Positions 8,783 to 18,474 of a DNA stretch of 64,000 nucleotides are shown here, in pieces (within the stretch, counting starts at the first letter, position 1; the number at the start of each line of letters is the position of its first letter). The notes under the pieces were generated by a model. That model was not told the DNA's origin. It worked only from the letters and a program-made list of their open reading frames with translations, and searched no databases. This DNA is from a virus, in IMG/VR virus record IMGVR_UViG_3300037851_000359, positions 1 to 64,000 of that record. The stretch is one strand, 5' to 3'. The position numbers and the translations under genes are program-made.

Positions 8783-9358
8783 TTAAAAATCAATTGAAAG
8801 AGACATATATATTATATTTGATTGTTCAAAATCATCATAATCAAACAGCCGACCATAACCAACACCAAGGGTTTTATAATTATCACCCCAATGTTCAGGC
8901 AATGGATAGACTGTAACACCAACACCAACCTCTTCTTCAGTAACTAATCCATCAACCGAAACATAATTAAATAATAAACGACCATAATTCAATTTTAAAC
9001 CATATTCAAATTCACCGTCACCAGCACTATCAAATTCATATCCACCAAAAACGCCAACACCAAAGGTCTGATCAAAAAAATATTTGTATCGTTCATTCTT
9101 TATTTTAAAATTATTTGATTTTTCATCATCAATTAATATCAAATCATTATAGGTGAATAAATCTACCGTATCATTAGATGGAACATGTTTAATAGTAATA
9201 TGATTATCTACTGCTTTATCATTTTTAATCAATTCAAAATTTGTTTTAGTATCAACTACTGTTTTTCCATTAATAGTTTCAGGAACCGTTGAATTATAAT
9301 AAACAAATAATAAAAATCCACCGATTATTAACACTGGCAGGAATGATCTATAATCCAT
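8783..9358 (-). CDS. N-anchored protein with an outer-membrane beta-barrel-like C-terminal domain
   Basis: N-terminal TM; amphipathic Gly/aromatic strands (FGVGVFGGYEF, YGLKLNYG, LGVGYGR); ends YMSLSIDF; late promoter 9365..9372. Confidence 0.55.
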   Translation of the reverse strand: MDYRSFLPVLIIGGFLLFVYYNSTVPETINGKTVVDTKTNFELIKNDKAVDNHITIKHVPSNDTVDLFTYNDLILIDDEKSNNFKIKNERYKYFFDQTFGVGVFGGYEFDSAGDGEFEYGLKLNYGRLLFNYVSVDGLVTEEEVGVGVTVYPLPEHWGDNYKTLGVGYGRLFDYDDFEQSNIIYMSLSIDF

Positions 9359-9460
9359 AACTTTTATTTATATATTACTAATATACTCATAAATATAATT
9401 TTAAAACAATTTAAAAAATATCATTTTGGTTTAATATAAATAAATAAAAAGGATTTAATA

Positions 9461-12016
9461 ATGCAATCAACTCTCGTTCAACTATTTAATGAAAGTGTTT
9501 CTAATTTTTTATTATTGTCTAAAACCAAACAATTAAATGATGCACAATTGAAAAAATTATTTAATATTAAACCCGGTGAATTGAATATTATATTAGCCAG
9601 AATGGTTGAATTATTAAAAGATGATCACCCAGGAAAAACGAAACGGGATGTGATTATTGATATTCTTAAAGTTGTTTCCCGTTCTCCTGTTGCAAAAACC
9701 TTTATTGGAATTGGATTAAAAGATAATTATGTATTATATAAAGGATTCCCAATCCGAAAAGGAGATTCTTTAGATCATTTACCAGAACCCAATAATGAAG
9801 TTGAAGTATCGCCCAAAGATACCTTTATCAATTGGACAACTGATGCCTCTAAAGCTAGAGAAATGGCAACTTTATTCGATCCGTCAAAGGGAACCCCCAT
9901 TGGTGGGTTAGTGGTAAAAATAACTGTTGATCCATCAAAATTATTTCTTGATGTTAATGCTATTATTACAGCAGTTAAAAAAACTATCAATATTATACAA
10001 AATTATAATCTTGCTGCGACACCAGGAAAATCATTAAGTAAATCAAATACAGATTATTTAGCAACTGAAGCACCTTTATACCATGATACTTATGAAATTG
10101 TTACCCCAAATAAATATAATAAAGTAATAGTTGAAGATACTTGGTATTGGAAAGAAAATAATGGTTCAAAAAATATTGAATGGAAATCAAGTGATAAAAA
10201 AGATCCTACAGAATTAGATGAAAACGATTCTTGTCCATCCTGTTCACAATTTATGATGGAATCTAAATCATTCAATGAATCTATTATTGATTATGTTAGA
10301 AAATCTGCAAACTTTTTATCTGGAAAAACTTCACAACAATTAAAAAATAATTCTATTGAATTAATTGATAATCTTATTGAAAAATATGATATTGAAGAAC
10401 AAATCTACGATTTATTGGGACTCTTACAAAAATATACATTAGAAATGAGACATAAAACCCATGAACTTGATATTCAATCATTTAAAAATGAAGGAATTGT
10501 TCAAGATTTAAAACGTTTAAAAAATAAAATTAATAATACTTCAGATTCTATTGTTGATATAAAATCACTTAACGAAGCAGCACACCCGGCAGATATCTAT
10601 AATGTTCTTAAACAAATTAAATCAAAATTAAATAATTGGTATTATTCACAAAATAAAACATTACACTCACAAACAAATCTTATTAAACAAGAATTAGAAA
10701 AATATAAACAACAATCTGAATTGCCTTCTTATAAAAAATTAGAAGCCTTATTAAAAGATGCTCAATATTATGAAAATTATCTCAAATCTATTAAAGATTA
10801 TATTCAAAATGCTCCTAATGAAACCGAACCACTAACTAATCTTATTACACAATTATTCAATCAACCTTATATTGTAATTCCTAATATAAATAATATAATA
10901 AAATCAGACATTCATGTAGATGATGAATTTTCTAAACAATTAAAAAACTCTAATGAAATAATTGATAACACTCAAGAGGAAGAACAAATGGCAACCGCCC
11001 CAACCGAACAGATAACAAAACCTACAGATATAAAAGAAACACCTACCAAACCAGGAAAAGTTGAGCCTAGAAAAGATGTTAGTACTAATATTAAAAATTT
11101 CTTAAATCTGGATGTTAAACCATTATGGGATTCTGTTAAAGATCCTAATATTAAAAAAGATTTAATATCTCAAGTTACTCAATTTATTCAAACACAAAAA
11201 AAGGTGGCGGCTGAATATGCTATCAAATTATTACAAGCCCAAGGTATCAAAGCAACATTAAAAGAACAATTATCAACTACAGATATGATGGTTCTTGTTC
11301 CTTCTTTAAGAAAAGCATACGAATTAATGAATGATCAAAATAAACAAAAATTCGATGCGTGGATTAAAAAAGATTTTCATAAAGTTCTTGAAGATGGGGT
11401 GTCTAAAATCGTACAAGATAAATTAGAACCTAAAGTTGATAATATAGAAACAGTTGACCAAGCTAAAGAAACTCCAAAACCACAAACTCCAGAATCAAAA
11501 ACAGAACCTACTGATGCACCAAAAGTCCCACCAACAGAAACAAAAAAACCTAAACAAGATAAACCAAAAAAAGACAAAACCAAAACACCACCTGTTCAAA
11601 CACAACCGGAAACAACTGTAAATACTAATACGAAACCAACAACACCCTCATCAGTACCAGAACCAACTTCTAAACCTAAAGTGAAAAAAGTAGCCGGTAA
11701 AATACATGTCACAAAACCTGTTCAACAACAACCAAAAACAACTGGTCAAACTATGACAAAATCTTCTAAGCCTAAAACTGCAACTGTAACACCAACAACG
11801 GTTGCAACATTAACAAATAATAAAGGAATAAAAGCAGAAATTAAAAAAGAGGAATCAGGTAAATATACATTAGTATATACAGAAGGAAATCAAACGAAAA
11901 CCGTTTCAGGATTAACTGATGAACAAATGGGGTCATATGTACAAAAAATAAGCCAAAAAGGCGTAGATATTTCTCCTTGGAATCAATATTTAATTCAATC
12001 TCGACAACCTAAATAA
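9461..12016 (+). CDS. Large virion/head protein with an N-terminal ADP-ribosyltransferase-like domain (Alt-like)
   Basis: LYKG...INWTT...A..A...YEIV pattern similar to R-S-E ARTs; Pro/Thr/Lys-rich C-terminus; late promoter 9435..9442. Confidence 0.5.
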   Translation: MQSTLVQLFNESVSNFLLLSKTKQLNDAQLKKLFNIKPGELNIILARMVELLKDDHPGKTKRDVIIDILKVVSRSPVAKTFIGIGLKDNYVLYKGFPIRKGDSLDHLPEPNNEVEVSPKDTFINWTTDASKAREMATLFDPSKGTPIGGLVVKITVDPSKLFLDVNAIITAVKKTINIIQNYNLAATPGKSLSKSNTDYLATEAPLYHDTYEIVTPNKYNKVIVEDTWYWKENNGSKNIEWKSSDKKDPTELDENDSCPSCSQFMMESKSFNESIIDYVRKSANFLSGKTSQQLKNNSIELIDNLIEKYDIEEQIYDLLGLLQKYTLEMRHKTHELDIQSFKNEGIVQDLKRLKNKINNTSDSIVDIKSLNEAAHPADIYNVLKQIKSKLNNWYYSQNKTLHSQTNLIKQELEKYKQQSELPSYKKLEALLKDAQYYENYLKSIKDYIQNAPNETEPLTNLITQLFNQPYIVIPNINNIIKSDIHVDDEFSKQLKNSNEIIDNTQEEEQMATAPTEQITKPTDIKETPTKPGKVEPRKDVSTNIKNFLNLDVKPLWDSVKDPNIKKDLISQVTQFIQTQKKVAAEYAIKLLQAQGIKATLKEQLSTTDMMVLVPSLRKAYELMNDQNKQKFDAWIKKDFHKVLEDGVSKIVQDKLEPKVDNIETVDQAKETPKPQTPESKTEPTDAPKVPPTETKKPKQDKPKKDKTKTPPVQTQPETTVNTNTKPTTPSSVPEPTSKPKVKKVAGKIHVTKPVQQQPKTTGQTMTKSSKPKTATVTPTTVATLTNNKGIKAEIKKEESGKYTLVYTEGNQTKTVSGLTDEQMGSYVQKISQKGVDISPWNQYLIQSRQPK

Positions 12017-12042
12017 TAATAAATAATACATAATAAATAATT

Positions 12043-12070
12043 AACCCACCAATTTTTAAATTGGTGGGTT
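12043..12070. terminator. Bidirectional intrinsic terminator
   Basis: AACCCACCAATTT/AAATTGGTGGGTT. Confidence 0.85.
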
Positions 12071-12091
12071 TAATTTTTTTAAAACATTTAA

Positions 12092-14809
12092 TTATTTCAG
12101 TGGAACTTTTTTAACTTTATTTGGATCTGTTTCGCCTTGCAATGCCCCTGCTTCAGCAGAAATATTATTTAATAATTTTGCCATATACCCGGCACCCTTA
12201 AATAACCCTTTTCCCATTCTAAAAATATTGCCGAACGCAGATTTTAAATTTACAAGATTTCCAGACAAAGTTAACGGTCTTTCTCTTTTAACATATGTAC
12301 GACTATTTTTATCAAATTTATAATGCATTTTCATTTTATTTATTGCTTTGGTTTTCTGCGATCTGTTCATTTTGGCCCATTCTTTAGACTTGATTGCTCC
12401 AACTTGTCTAGCCATTTCATGGGATTTAGCTTGTTCATATTCTTTTTTTTGCCCATGAGTCAACACATCAAAATCAGCATTTTCATATCTATTTAATATA
12501 TCTTTCTCACCTCTCAACATTTCTTCTTCTTCTGGAGATAAATCCTCGCCGCCAAAATCTTCATCAGCATCTATTTCTTGTTCTTTTTTCCATCCTAATC
12601 TTGGACTATATTTATAATTATGGGATTTTAATTCTTTTTTGATAGAATCTTTTGTTATTTGGGGTTCTATAGTTTTTCCATCAAAATCAAGCATTAAATA
12701 CTTAGGAGATTTATTTATAATACTTAAAATGGCTCGACCAACATAAGTATCAAGAGTATCATCTGATAATTGGTGCACAATACTTGGAACATTTGGAGTA
12801 TCCGTCCAATATTCCATATAATTTTCATGTTCAACGGAATATTTATTAGCTTTCAATTCCTTTTCAATTCTATTTACAGGCATATTTTTTAATGGGTGGG
12901 TATTTGGATCATCTAACTCGGATTTAAATGCGGGATTTTGTTTATTATCTTGCATTTTTTTATAATATATATAATATAAGCATAATCTAGCAGTTTTCTC
13001 TAAAACTTGAGTGTTATTATAACCATATAATTTAATATAATCTTTTATATTATCATTTTTATTTTTAAAATTTTTAGGATTATTAGGATTTTGTTGTGCT
13101 TCTATAATCGCAGATTCCGTAATATTTTCTTCTACACGATACCATTTTCCTAATTCTTCATTATAAACATACCCAAGTTTAGCTAAGTCTTCATAAATGG
13201 TTTCAATAGGTTTCATAAATGTATAATCTTCATTCATAAATATTGAGTCAATATTTCCTAATGCTATAGAATAGGATCTAGCAATTATAGATTTTTTAGT
13301 TTCATTTTTTTCATATATGTTTTCAGGATAGGAAATGTTAGTAGTATTTATCCAAGCATTTTTATCACCATTCCATTCATATTGCAAATTTTCCATTCTT
13401 GTTAAGACATCTTCAGGTTTCATAAATGGAATATAATGTAAATTTTCATCAGGAATATATTTCGTAGCATTTAAATCATCATACCCTAATGATAAAATTA
13501 TTCTTCCCTGAGCATCTTTAACTTTATCTGAAAATGATATTGTAAATTCTCTTTCTCCATCTATGGATGGGACTGGAGAATTAATATCATCTTGAGAATC
13601 TAAAGAGGGTTGTTCATCATTAGATTTTGTAAAATACGGCATAGAATGCTTTTCTTGATCTTTTTTATCTTTATCAACAGCATGTATGGGAATACTTGAT
13701 GGTTCGCTATCATCTGACGATTTTTTAGATTTATCATCATCTGGAGCTAATGGGGAATCAGATTTTAGCCATTTTTTATTTTGATCATCATAAATATACC
13801 CATATTGTTTCATCATTTTTTCAATATTATATTGATCTAGGAGATATTTTTTACTATTTGGAAATTTTTCAACAGCTTTTCGTTGATGATGTTTATATGC
13901 TAATAATTCTCGGGCTATTTGTATTTTGGAATACCGTTTCCATTTTTCCATTAATTCATCTTCAGTCATAAATGCTTCATTAATTTTTTCAGTTAAGCTA
14001 TCGCAATATTTAATATGTTCAGCCAACGTTTCAGTTTGAGATTCTTGTTTTTCTTTTTTAAGTACTTTAATAATAATATTTTGAATATCTTCTTGTGACA
14101 TTTCTAATACATCTGCGGCATCATACCCATAATCTTCAAGGGTTCTTAATACTTCACCTAATGGGCTATTCCAGGCATCTTCTTTTTTTGAAATAACTTT
14201 ATTTCGATCTATTTCTGATTTTTTATGTTCTAGATCAGAAGTTAATTCGGTTTCCCAAGGTTTATACACATCTTTATCGGGTGAAACTATAACAACAGCA
14301 GGATCCCCATTATCAGGATCATCCCCAAATGGCGCATAGCCATCACCAGGAGACATATTGTTTGGCCCATATCCATAAACTCTAGTACCTTGTCTACTTT
14401 GACCACCCAAAGTACCCGTTCCAACCCCACCATATCCATAAGTTGTGCCACCACTAGAAGCACCCATAGATGGATTATTATAATTTATATTATCATTGCT
14501 ATTCATTCCCCAACCAGCAGTTGGAAGCATATACATATCTACATATTCATCTAATAATTTTAAATCTTTATGATTTTTATTAATAATTTCAGTTAAAGAA
14601 TATTTTTGAATTTCATTTAAGTCTTTATAAATATTATGATTATCTAAATATTCTCTAATAAGTTGTTTATTATCAACAGATTCAGTTTTGACATTTGCAT
14701 ACAATGCTTTTAATTGTTCTTTTGCAGATTGTTCAGAATCATGAGTCCATTGTCTATTAGGACTTTTGACAATCCATTTATCATTTTGTTTAACAATTTT
14801 AAATGGCAT
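12092..14809 (-). CDS. Large putative internal head protein with internal repeats
   Basis: 905 aa; recurring GYxY...KKW-like modules and many LxE sites; late promoter 14827..14834. Confidence 0.65.
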   Translation of the reverse strand: MPFKIVKQNDKWIVKSPNRQWTHDSEQSAKEQLKALYANVKTESVDNKQLIREYLDNHNIYKDLNEIQKYSLTEIINKNHKDLKLLDEYVDMYMLPTAGWGMNSNDNINYNNPSMGASSGGTTYGYGGVGTGTLGGQSRQGTRVYGYGPNNMSPGDGYAPFGDDPDNGDPAVVIVSPDKDVYKPWETELTSDLEHKKSEIDRNKVISKKEDAWNSPLGEVLRTLEDYGYDAADVLEMSQEDIQNIIIKVLKKEKQESQTETLAEHIKYCDSLTEKINEAFMTEDELMEKWKRYSKIQIARELLAYKHHQRKAVEKFPNSKKYLLDQYNIEKMMKQYGYIYDDQNKKWLKSDSPLAPDDDKSKKSSDDSEPSSIPIHAVDKDKKDQEKHSMPYFTKSNDEQPSLDSQDDINSPVPSIDGEREFTISFSDKVKDAQGRIILSLGYDDLNATKYIPDENLHYIPFMKPEDVLTRMENLQYEWNGDKNAWINTTNISYPENIYEKNETKKSIIARSYSIALGNIDSIFMNEDYTFMKPIETIYEDLAKLGYVYNEELGKWYRVEENITESAIIEAQQNPNNPKNFKNKNDNIKDYIKLYGYNNTQVLEKTARLCLYYIYYKKMQDNKQNPAFKSELDDPNTHPLKNMPVNRIEKELKANKYSVEHENYMEYWTDTPNVPSIVHQLSDDTLDTYVGRAILSIINKSPKYLMLDFDGKTIEPQITKDSIKKELKSHNYKYSPRLGWKKEQEIDADEDFGGEDLSPEEEEMLRGEKDILNRYENADFDVLTHGQKKEYEQAKSHEMARQVGAIKSKEWAKMNRSQKTKAINKMKMHYKFDKNSRTYVKRERPLTLSGNLVNLKSAFGNIFRMGKGLFKGAGYMAKLLNNISAEAGALQGETDPNKVKKVPLK

Positions 14810-14860
14810 AGAACTTTCCTCAATATTATTTATATTTAAAATTATAGATAAAAATATTAA

Positions 14861-15142
14861 TTATCGAACCATACGATCTAAAAGATGATCTAAAATATCA
14901 TTAGTTTCTGCCATATTTAATATATCAATAACCGCTTTTATACGATCATGTTCAATTTCATCAATTTCATAATATTTAGTATCTTCATAATCTTCTAAAA
15001 TATCTTGCAAGTCTTCATCGGATTTACAAAATTCAATATCAGATTCATGTTCAATAGCATATTTACATCGTAAAGCATCTTCTAATTCTTCAACATCTTT
15101 AATTAATAATAAATCAAGTGGTAATCTAAAATCACTCGCCAT
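14861..15142 (-). CDS. Acidic hypothetical protein
   Basis: 93-aa ORF with RBS. Confidence 0.7.
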   Translation of the reverse strand: MASDFRLPLDLLLIKDVEELEDALRCKYAIEHESDIEFCKSDEDLQDILEDYEDTKYYEIDEIEHDRIKAVIDILNMAETNDILDHLLDRMVR

Positions 15143-15152
15143 TATGCATCCT

Positions 15153-15779
15153 TTATTTAGTTTGTTCTTCTATTTCGGATTCAAATATAATTTTTACTTT
15201 ATAATTTCCTAATGGCCATTTTCTTTGATTTAATTTTAATTGAACTTCATTATTTATAGTAAAATTGATGTTTGCGTCTAATGGTTCTGCCAAATATCTA
15301 GTTTTCAATTCTTTTTCTAGCATTTTTGTAGGTATTTCTTTTATAAAGTCAGATAATCCAATAGCAGTATTATTTTGTTGTGCCTCATTACTATATTGAA
15401 GATTTTTAGGAAGGGGTTTATGTAAATCTGGAATTGATTGATCTTCATTAATGGGAGTTGATACGGGACTTTCTTTAGGAATTATTTTTTTTACCGATTT
15501 TGCCTTTTCAGGTACATCCTTTTTATTTAATTTTTTAGTACTTGATTTAGTAACTGGAACATGAACATCATCAAACATTGCTTGATAATCTCTTAAAAAT
15601 TCTGGTTCTTGAATTTGGGTTTTCAATTCAAGTCGTTTTTTCAAAATAAATTGTAAATCTTCTATATTTTTTTCTGATAATGTATTAACATATTTAACTT
15701 GAATTGTCTCTGTATCTTCACCTAACGGAAGAATTTTAAAATTCTTTGCAATATATGGAGGAATTATAGGATTATTCAT
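15153..15779 (-). CDS. Protein with a GspE/PilB N-terminal (T2SSE_N)-like domain and no ATPase domain
   Basis: IPPYIAKNFKILPL...NIEDLQFILKKRL resembles the PilB/GspE N-domain consensus. Confidence 0.55.
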   Translation of the reverse strand: MNNPIIPPYIAKNFKILPLGEDTETIQVKYVNTLSEKNIEDLQFILKKRLELKTQIQEPEFLRDYQAMFDDVHVPVTKSSTKKLNKKDVPEKAKSVKKIIPKESPVSTPINEDQSIPDLHKPLPKNLQYSNEAQQNNTAIGLSDFIKEIPTKMLEKELKTRYLAEPLDANINFTINNEVQLKLNQRKWPLGNYKVKIIFESEIEEQTK

Positions 15780-15788
15780 ATGGTTCCT

Positions 15789-15998
15789 TTATTCTGACCA
15801 TTTTATTATTGTTAATTTATCTGTTTTGATTGTAATACCAACATAATCTAACCAATCTTTATTTTCAAGTAAAAATGTTATTAATTCTTGATCTTTAATA
15901 GTCATGTAATTATATCCTTCGATAGTTTTTTTATTGATAATGGTAGTCAATTTAATTATTTTTTCATGTCCAAAAAATTCTTCTCTTTTTAATCTCAT
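15789..15998 (-). CDS. Hypothetical protein
   Basis: 69-aa ORF in operon. Confidence 0.55.
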   Translation of the reverse strand: MRLKREEFFGHEKIIKLTTIINKKTIEGYNYMTIKDQELITFLLENKDWLDYVGITIKTDKLTIIKWSE

Positions 15999-16032
15999 AA
16001 TTATATTATAACCATTATTATTATTTTTTTAT

Positions 16033-16314
16033 TCAAGAAACAACCGCAGCATAAGGAGTCGTGGCAATAATTCGGGCACCGCACCCTGTTAAATCTCCAT
16101 CTAAAACAACAGGTTTTCCATTAATAGTCGGTCGATTTAATAATGATGATCCAGGGATAATAGAAGTTGTCCCATGTTTATCAACCGGACAAGAATGTAC
16201 ACTCATTCCGATAACAGCTACAGGTTTTCCCAAAATTGTAAATGTCGGATCACCGCCAATGACCGTGCCGCCATGGGTAGAACTATCACCAACTACAGCA
16301 ACATATAACAACAT
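16033..16314 (-). CDS. PAAR-domain tail spike tip protein
   Basis: GDSSTHGG, GKPVAVIG..HSCP..HG, INGKPVVLDGDLTGCGA. Confidence 0.92.
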   Translation of the reverse strand: MLLYVAVVGDSSTHGGTVIGGDPTFTILGKPVAVIGMSVHSCPVDKHGTTSIIPGSSLLNRPTINGKPVVLDGDLTGCGARIIATTPYAAVVS

Positions 16315-16317
16315 ATA

Positions 16318-16500
16318 CTATTTTCCATAATTAACAGGTTTTACTTTAAACGACTCAATTGAAAAATTTGTATTTGAAATTTTCTTATTTAATTTTTTAC
16401 TACCACATTTTTGACATTTTCCAGAAAATATTTCAGACATTTTATGAATTTCTTCTTGAATGTGAGAACATTTTTGACATTCATACTCATATGTTGGCAT
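16318..16500 (-). CDS. FmdB-family zinc-ribbon protein
   Basis: MPTYEYECQKC...CQKCGS. Confidence 0.9.
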   Translation of the reverse strand: MPTYEYECQKCSHIQEEIHKMSEIFSGKCQKCGSKKLNKKISNTNFSIESFKVKPVNYGK

Positions 16501-16502
16501 AA

Positions 16503-17000
16503 TTATATTCCTTTTTGTTCGTTGATTATATCCATTATTGAAATATTTGAAGATTTATTAGCATCTTCGATAACATATTGTTCATTATTATAAACATAAT
16601 CTTCTAAAGCTAACAATGATTTATTTATTTCATCAATAGCATTTTTAATTATACCTTGTCGTTTTTCAACAAGAGATAATTTTTCCATTACTGTTTTTTG
16701 ATAATCTTGTTCAATGATCTGTTTAATTTCATCTTTAGTTATGATCATAGATTTAATATTATTAATCAAATTATCAACATCATCTTTAACAACAGGAAGT
16801 TTTTTAACAGATTCTTTTACATTAGTTTTATCATTAGTGATTTGAAAAAAATCGAAAATTTTTAAATCAATTTCTTTATCAGAATAAAACACTCCATTTG
16901 GAGGTATTGGAGTTCTAACCCCATTTATGTTTATAACTTTATATAATTTTGAAATATTTTTATAATTAGGCATGTTGTATTCTAAATCCTGTTTGATCAA
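16503..17000 (-). CDS. Hypothetical coiled-coil protein
   Basis: 165-aa ORF in operon. Confidence 0.65.
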   Translation of the reverse strand: MIKQDLEYNMPNYKNISKLYKVININGVRTPIPPNGVFYSDKEIDLKIFDFFQITNDKTNVKESVKKLPVVKDDVDNLINNIKSMIITKDEIKQIIEQDYQKTVMEKLSLVEKRQGIIKNAIDEINKSLLALEDYVYNNEQYVIEDANKSSNISIMDIINEQKGI

Positions 17001-17739
17001 TGAATTTAATTGTATTCAACATACTTTCTGGAACCCCCATATCAGACCACCAACCATCTACATGATCAATATTAGTAGCAGATAATAAATTAGCTTTAAC
17101 ATAATAATTATTAATATCTGTAATCTCTAATTCATTTCGATTTGAAGGTTTTAGATTTTTAGCAACATTATAGACATGTGGGGTATAAAGATATAAACCA
17201 GTTACCGCCAAATTAGTTTCAGGATTTTTTGGTTTTTCAACTATTTTCACGACTTCATTTTGTGCATTAATAGTAGCAACCCCAAATCTATCAGGATCCG
17301 AAACACTTTTCAAAAATACATGAGCTAATTTATCAGAATTTTCAAATGATTCGAAATCATTTTTAAATGATTTATTATAAAAATTATCTCCAAGAATAAC
17401 AGCAAATTTTTCATTATCTGTAAAATCTTCTGCTTGTTTTAAAGCAGATGCTATACCCATTGGAATTTTTGGATTTGAATGATCTTGGATTCTATATGTA
17501 AAATTACTATTAAATTTATAACCATCACCTAAAAATTCAGTTAATAATCCAACATGTTCTTGTGATGATACAATTAAAATATCAGTTATTCCACTTTCTA
17601 TTAAAGTATTTATGGGATATAATATCATTGGTATAGAACCTTGCTGCGAATATACAGGTAATAAATGTTTATTGGTGACGGATGTTGAAGGCAACAAACG
17701 GGTGCCTTTTCCCCCTGCTAAAACTACTGCTTTTTTCAT
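16966..17739 (-). CDS. rmlA: Glucose-1-phosphate thymidylyltransferase-like sugar nucleotidyltransferase
   Basis: LAGGKGTRLLP, NKHLLPVY, ILGDN, VEKP, ELEITD. Confidence 0.9.
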   Translation of the reverse strand: MKKAVVLAGGKGTRLLPSTSVTNKHLLPVYSQQGSIPMILYPINTLIESGITDILIVSSQEHVGLLTEFLGDGYKFNSNFTYRIQDHSNPKIPMGIASALKQAEDFTDNEKFAVILGDNFYNKSFKNDFESFENSDKLAHVFLKSVSDPDRFGVATINAQNEVVKIVEKPKNPETNLAVTGLYLYTPHVYNVAKNLKPSNRNELEITDINNYYVKANLLSATNIDHVDGWWSDMGVPESMLNTIKFIDQTGFRIQHA

Positions 17740-17773
17740 ACTTTAATTATAATAAAAAAATATTTTTTTTAAT

Positions 17774-17986
17774 TTACTTTTTAGTTTTAATTTTGAAGTA
17801 ATTTCTAAACGTTTTTGCTAATCCACAATCAACCCACGATACCGCCGCATTATTAAATCCCACATCATGCCCAGCTTTTTCAGACAAAAACCATTTATGC
17901 ACTTTAATCCATTCAATTTGAATTTTATTATATTCTTCTAACGAAACTTCTTGGGGCATAGGATTCCCATCGTTAGCGTCGGTCAT
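17774..17986 (-). CDS. DUF4032-like small protein
   Basis: HKWFLSEKAGHDVGFNNAAVSWV. Confidence 0.7.
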   Translation of the reverse strand: MTDANDGNPMPQEVSLEEYNKIQIEWIKVHKWFLSEKAGHDVGFNNAAVSWVDCGLAKTFRNYFKIKTKK

Positions 17987-18025
17987 TTAATTTTATTACC
18001 TTTTTTGAAAAAGCAACAAAAAAAA

Positions 18026-18055
18026 ATCCCCCCGACTCAAATGAATCGGAGGGAT
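18026..18055 (-). terminator. Intrinsic terminator
   Basis: GC-rich stem followed by a T-run on the minus strand. Confidence 0.75.
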
Positions 18056-18072
18056 AAGAATCACCTTAATTA

Positions 18073-18453
18073 TCAACGATCTTTGCGTTTATAGAAAGAT
18101 TCTTTTCTTTCTTCGCCTAAACCCTTGCAGCAATTACCTTTTTGGCCATCATAACCATCCCCAGCCTTTTTGCATGGGAATTTAGCAGGACGTTCACATT
18201 TACGATCTGCACGCATCTTATCAGTGCGGTCATCACCGGGTTCGCAACAGCTAGGATATTGGGTTTTATTTTCACCCTTTTTCCCAACATTGCCATACCC
18301 TTGGCCACCTTTGGTTTCTTGGAATTTGTGGTCCCTGGTTGGGGAACCTTTCTTATAAAAACCTTCACTACGTTCTTTACCTAATTCAGTACCTTTTAAA
18401 GGTTTGGTAAATGAAGGAACTTCTTTGGCTTTGCTCATTGTTATAACTCCCAT
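18073..18453 (-). CDS. Basic Lys/Gly/Cys-rich late protein
   Basis: Repeated ERxExFYK motif; late promoter 18472..18479 and own terminator. Confidence 0.7.
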   Translation of the reverse strand: MGVITMSKAKEVPSFTKPLKGTELGKERSEGFYKKGSPTRDHKFQETKGGQGYGNVGKKGENKTQYPSCCEPGDDRTDKMRADRKCERPAKFPCKKAGDGYDGQKGNCCKGLGEERKESFYKRKDR

Positions 18454-18474
18454 TATGGTTGTATTTAATATTAT

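Noticed and set aside
16033-16314. Type VI secretion system inferred from the PAAR gene
   Set aside because: No T6SS genes nearby; PAAR is a normal contractile-tail spike tip (T4 gp5.4-like).
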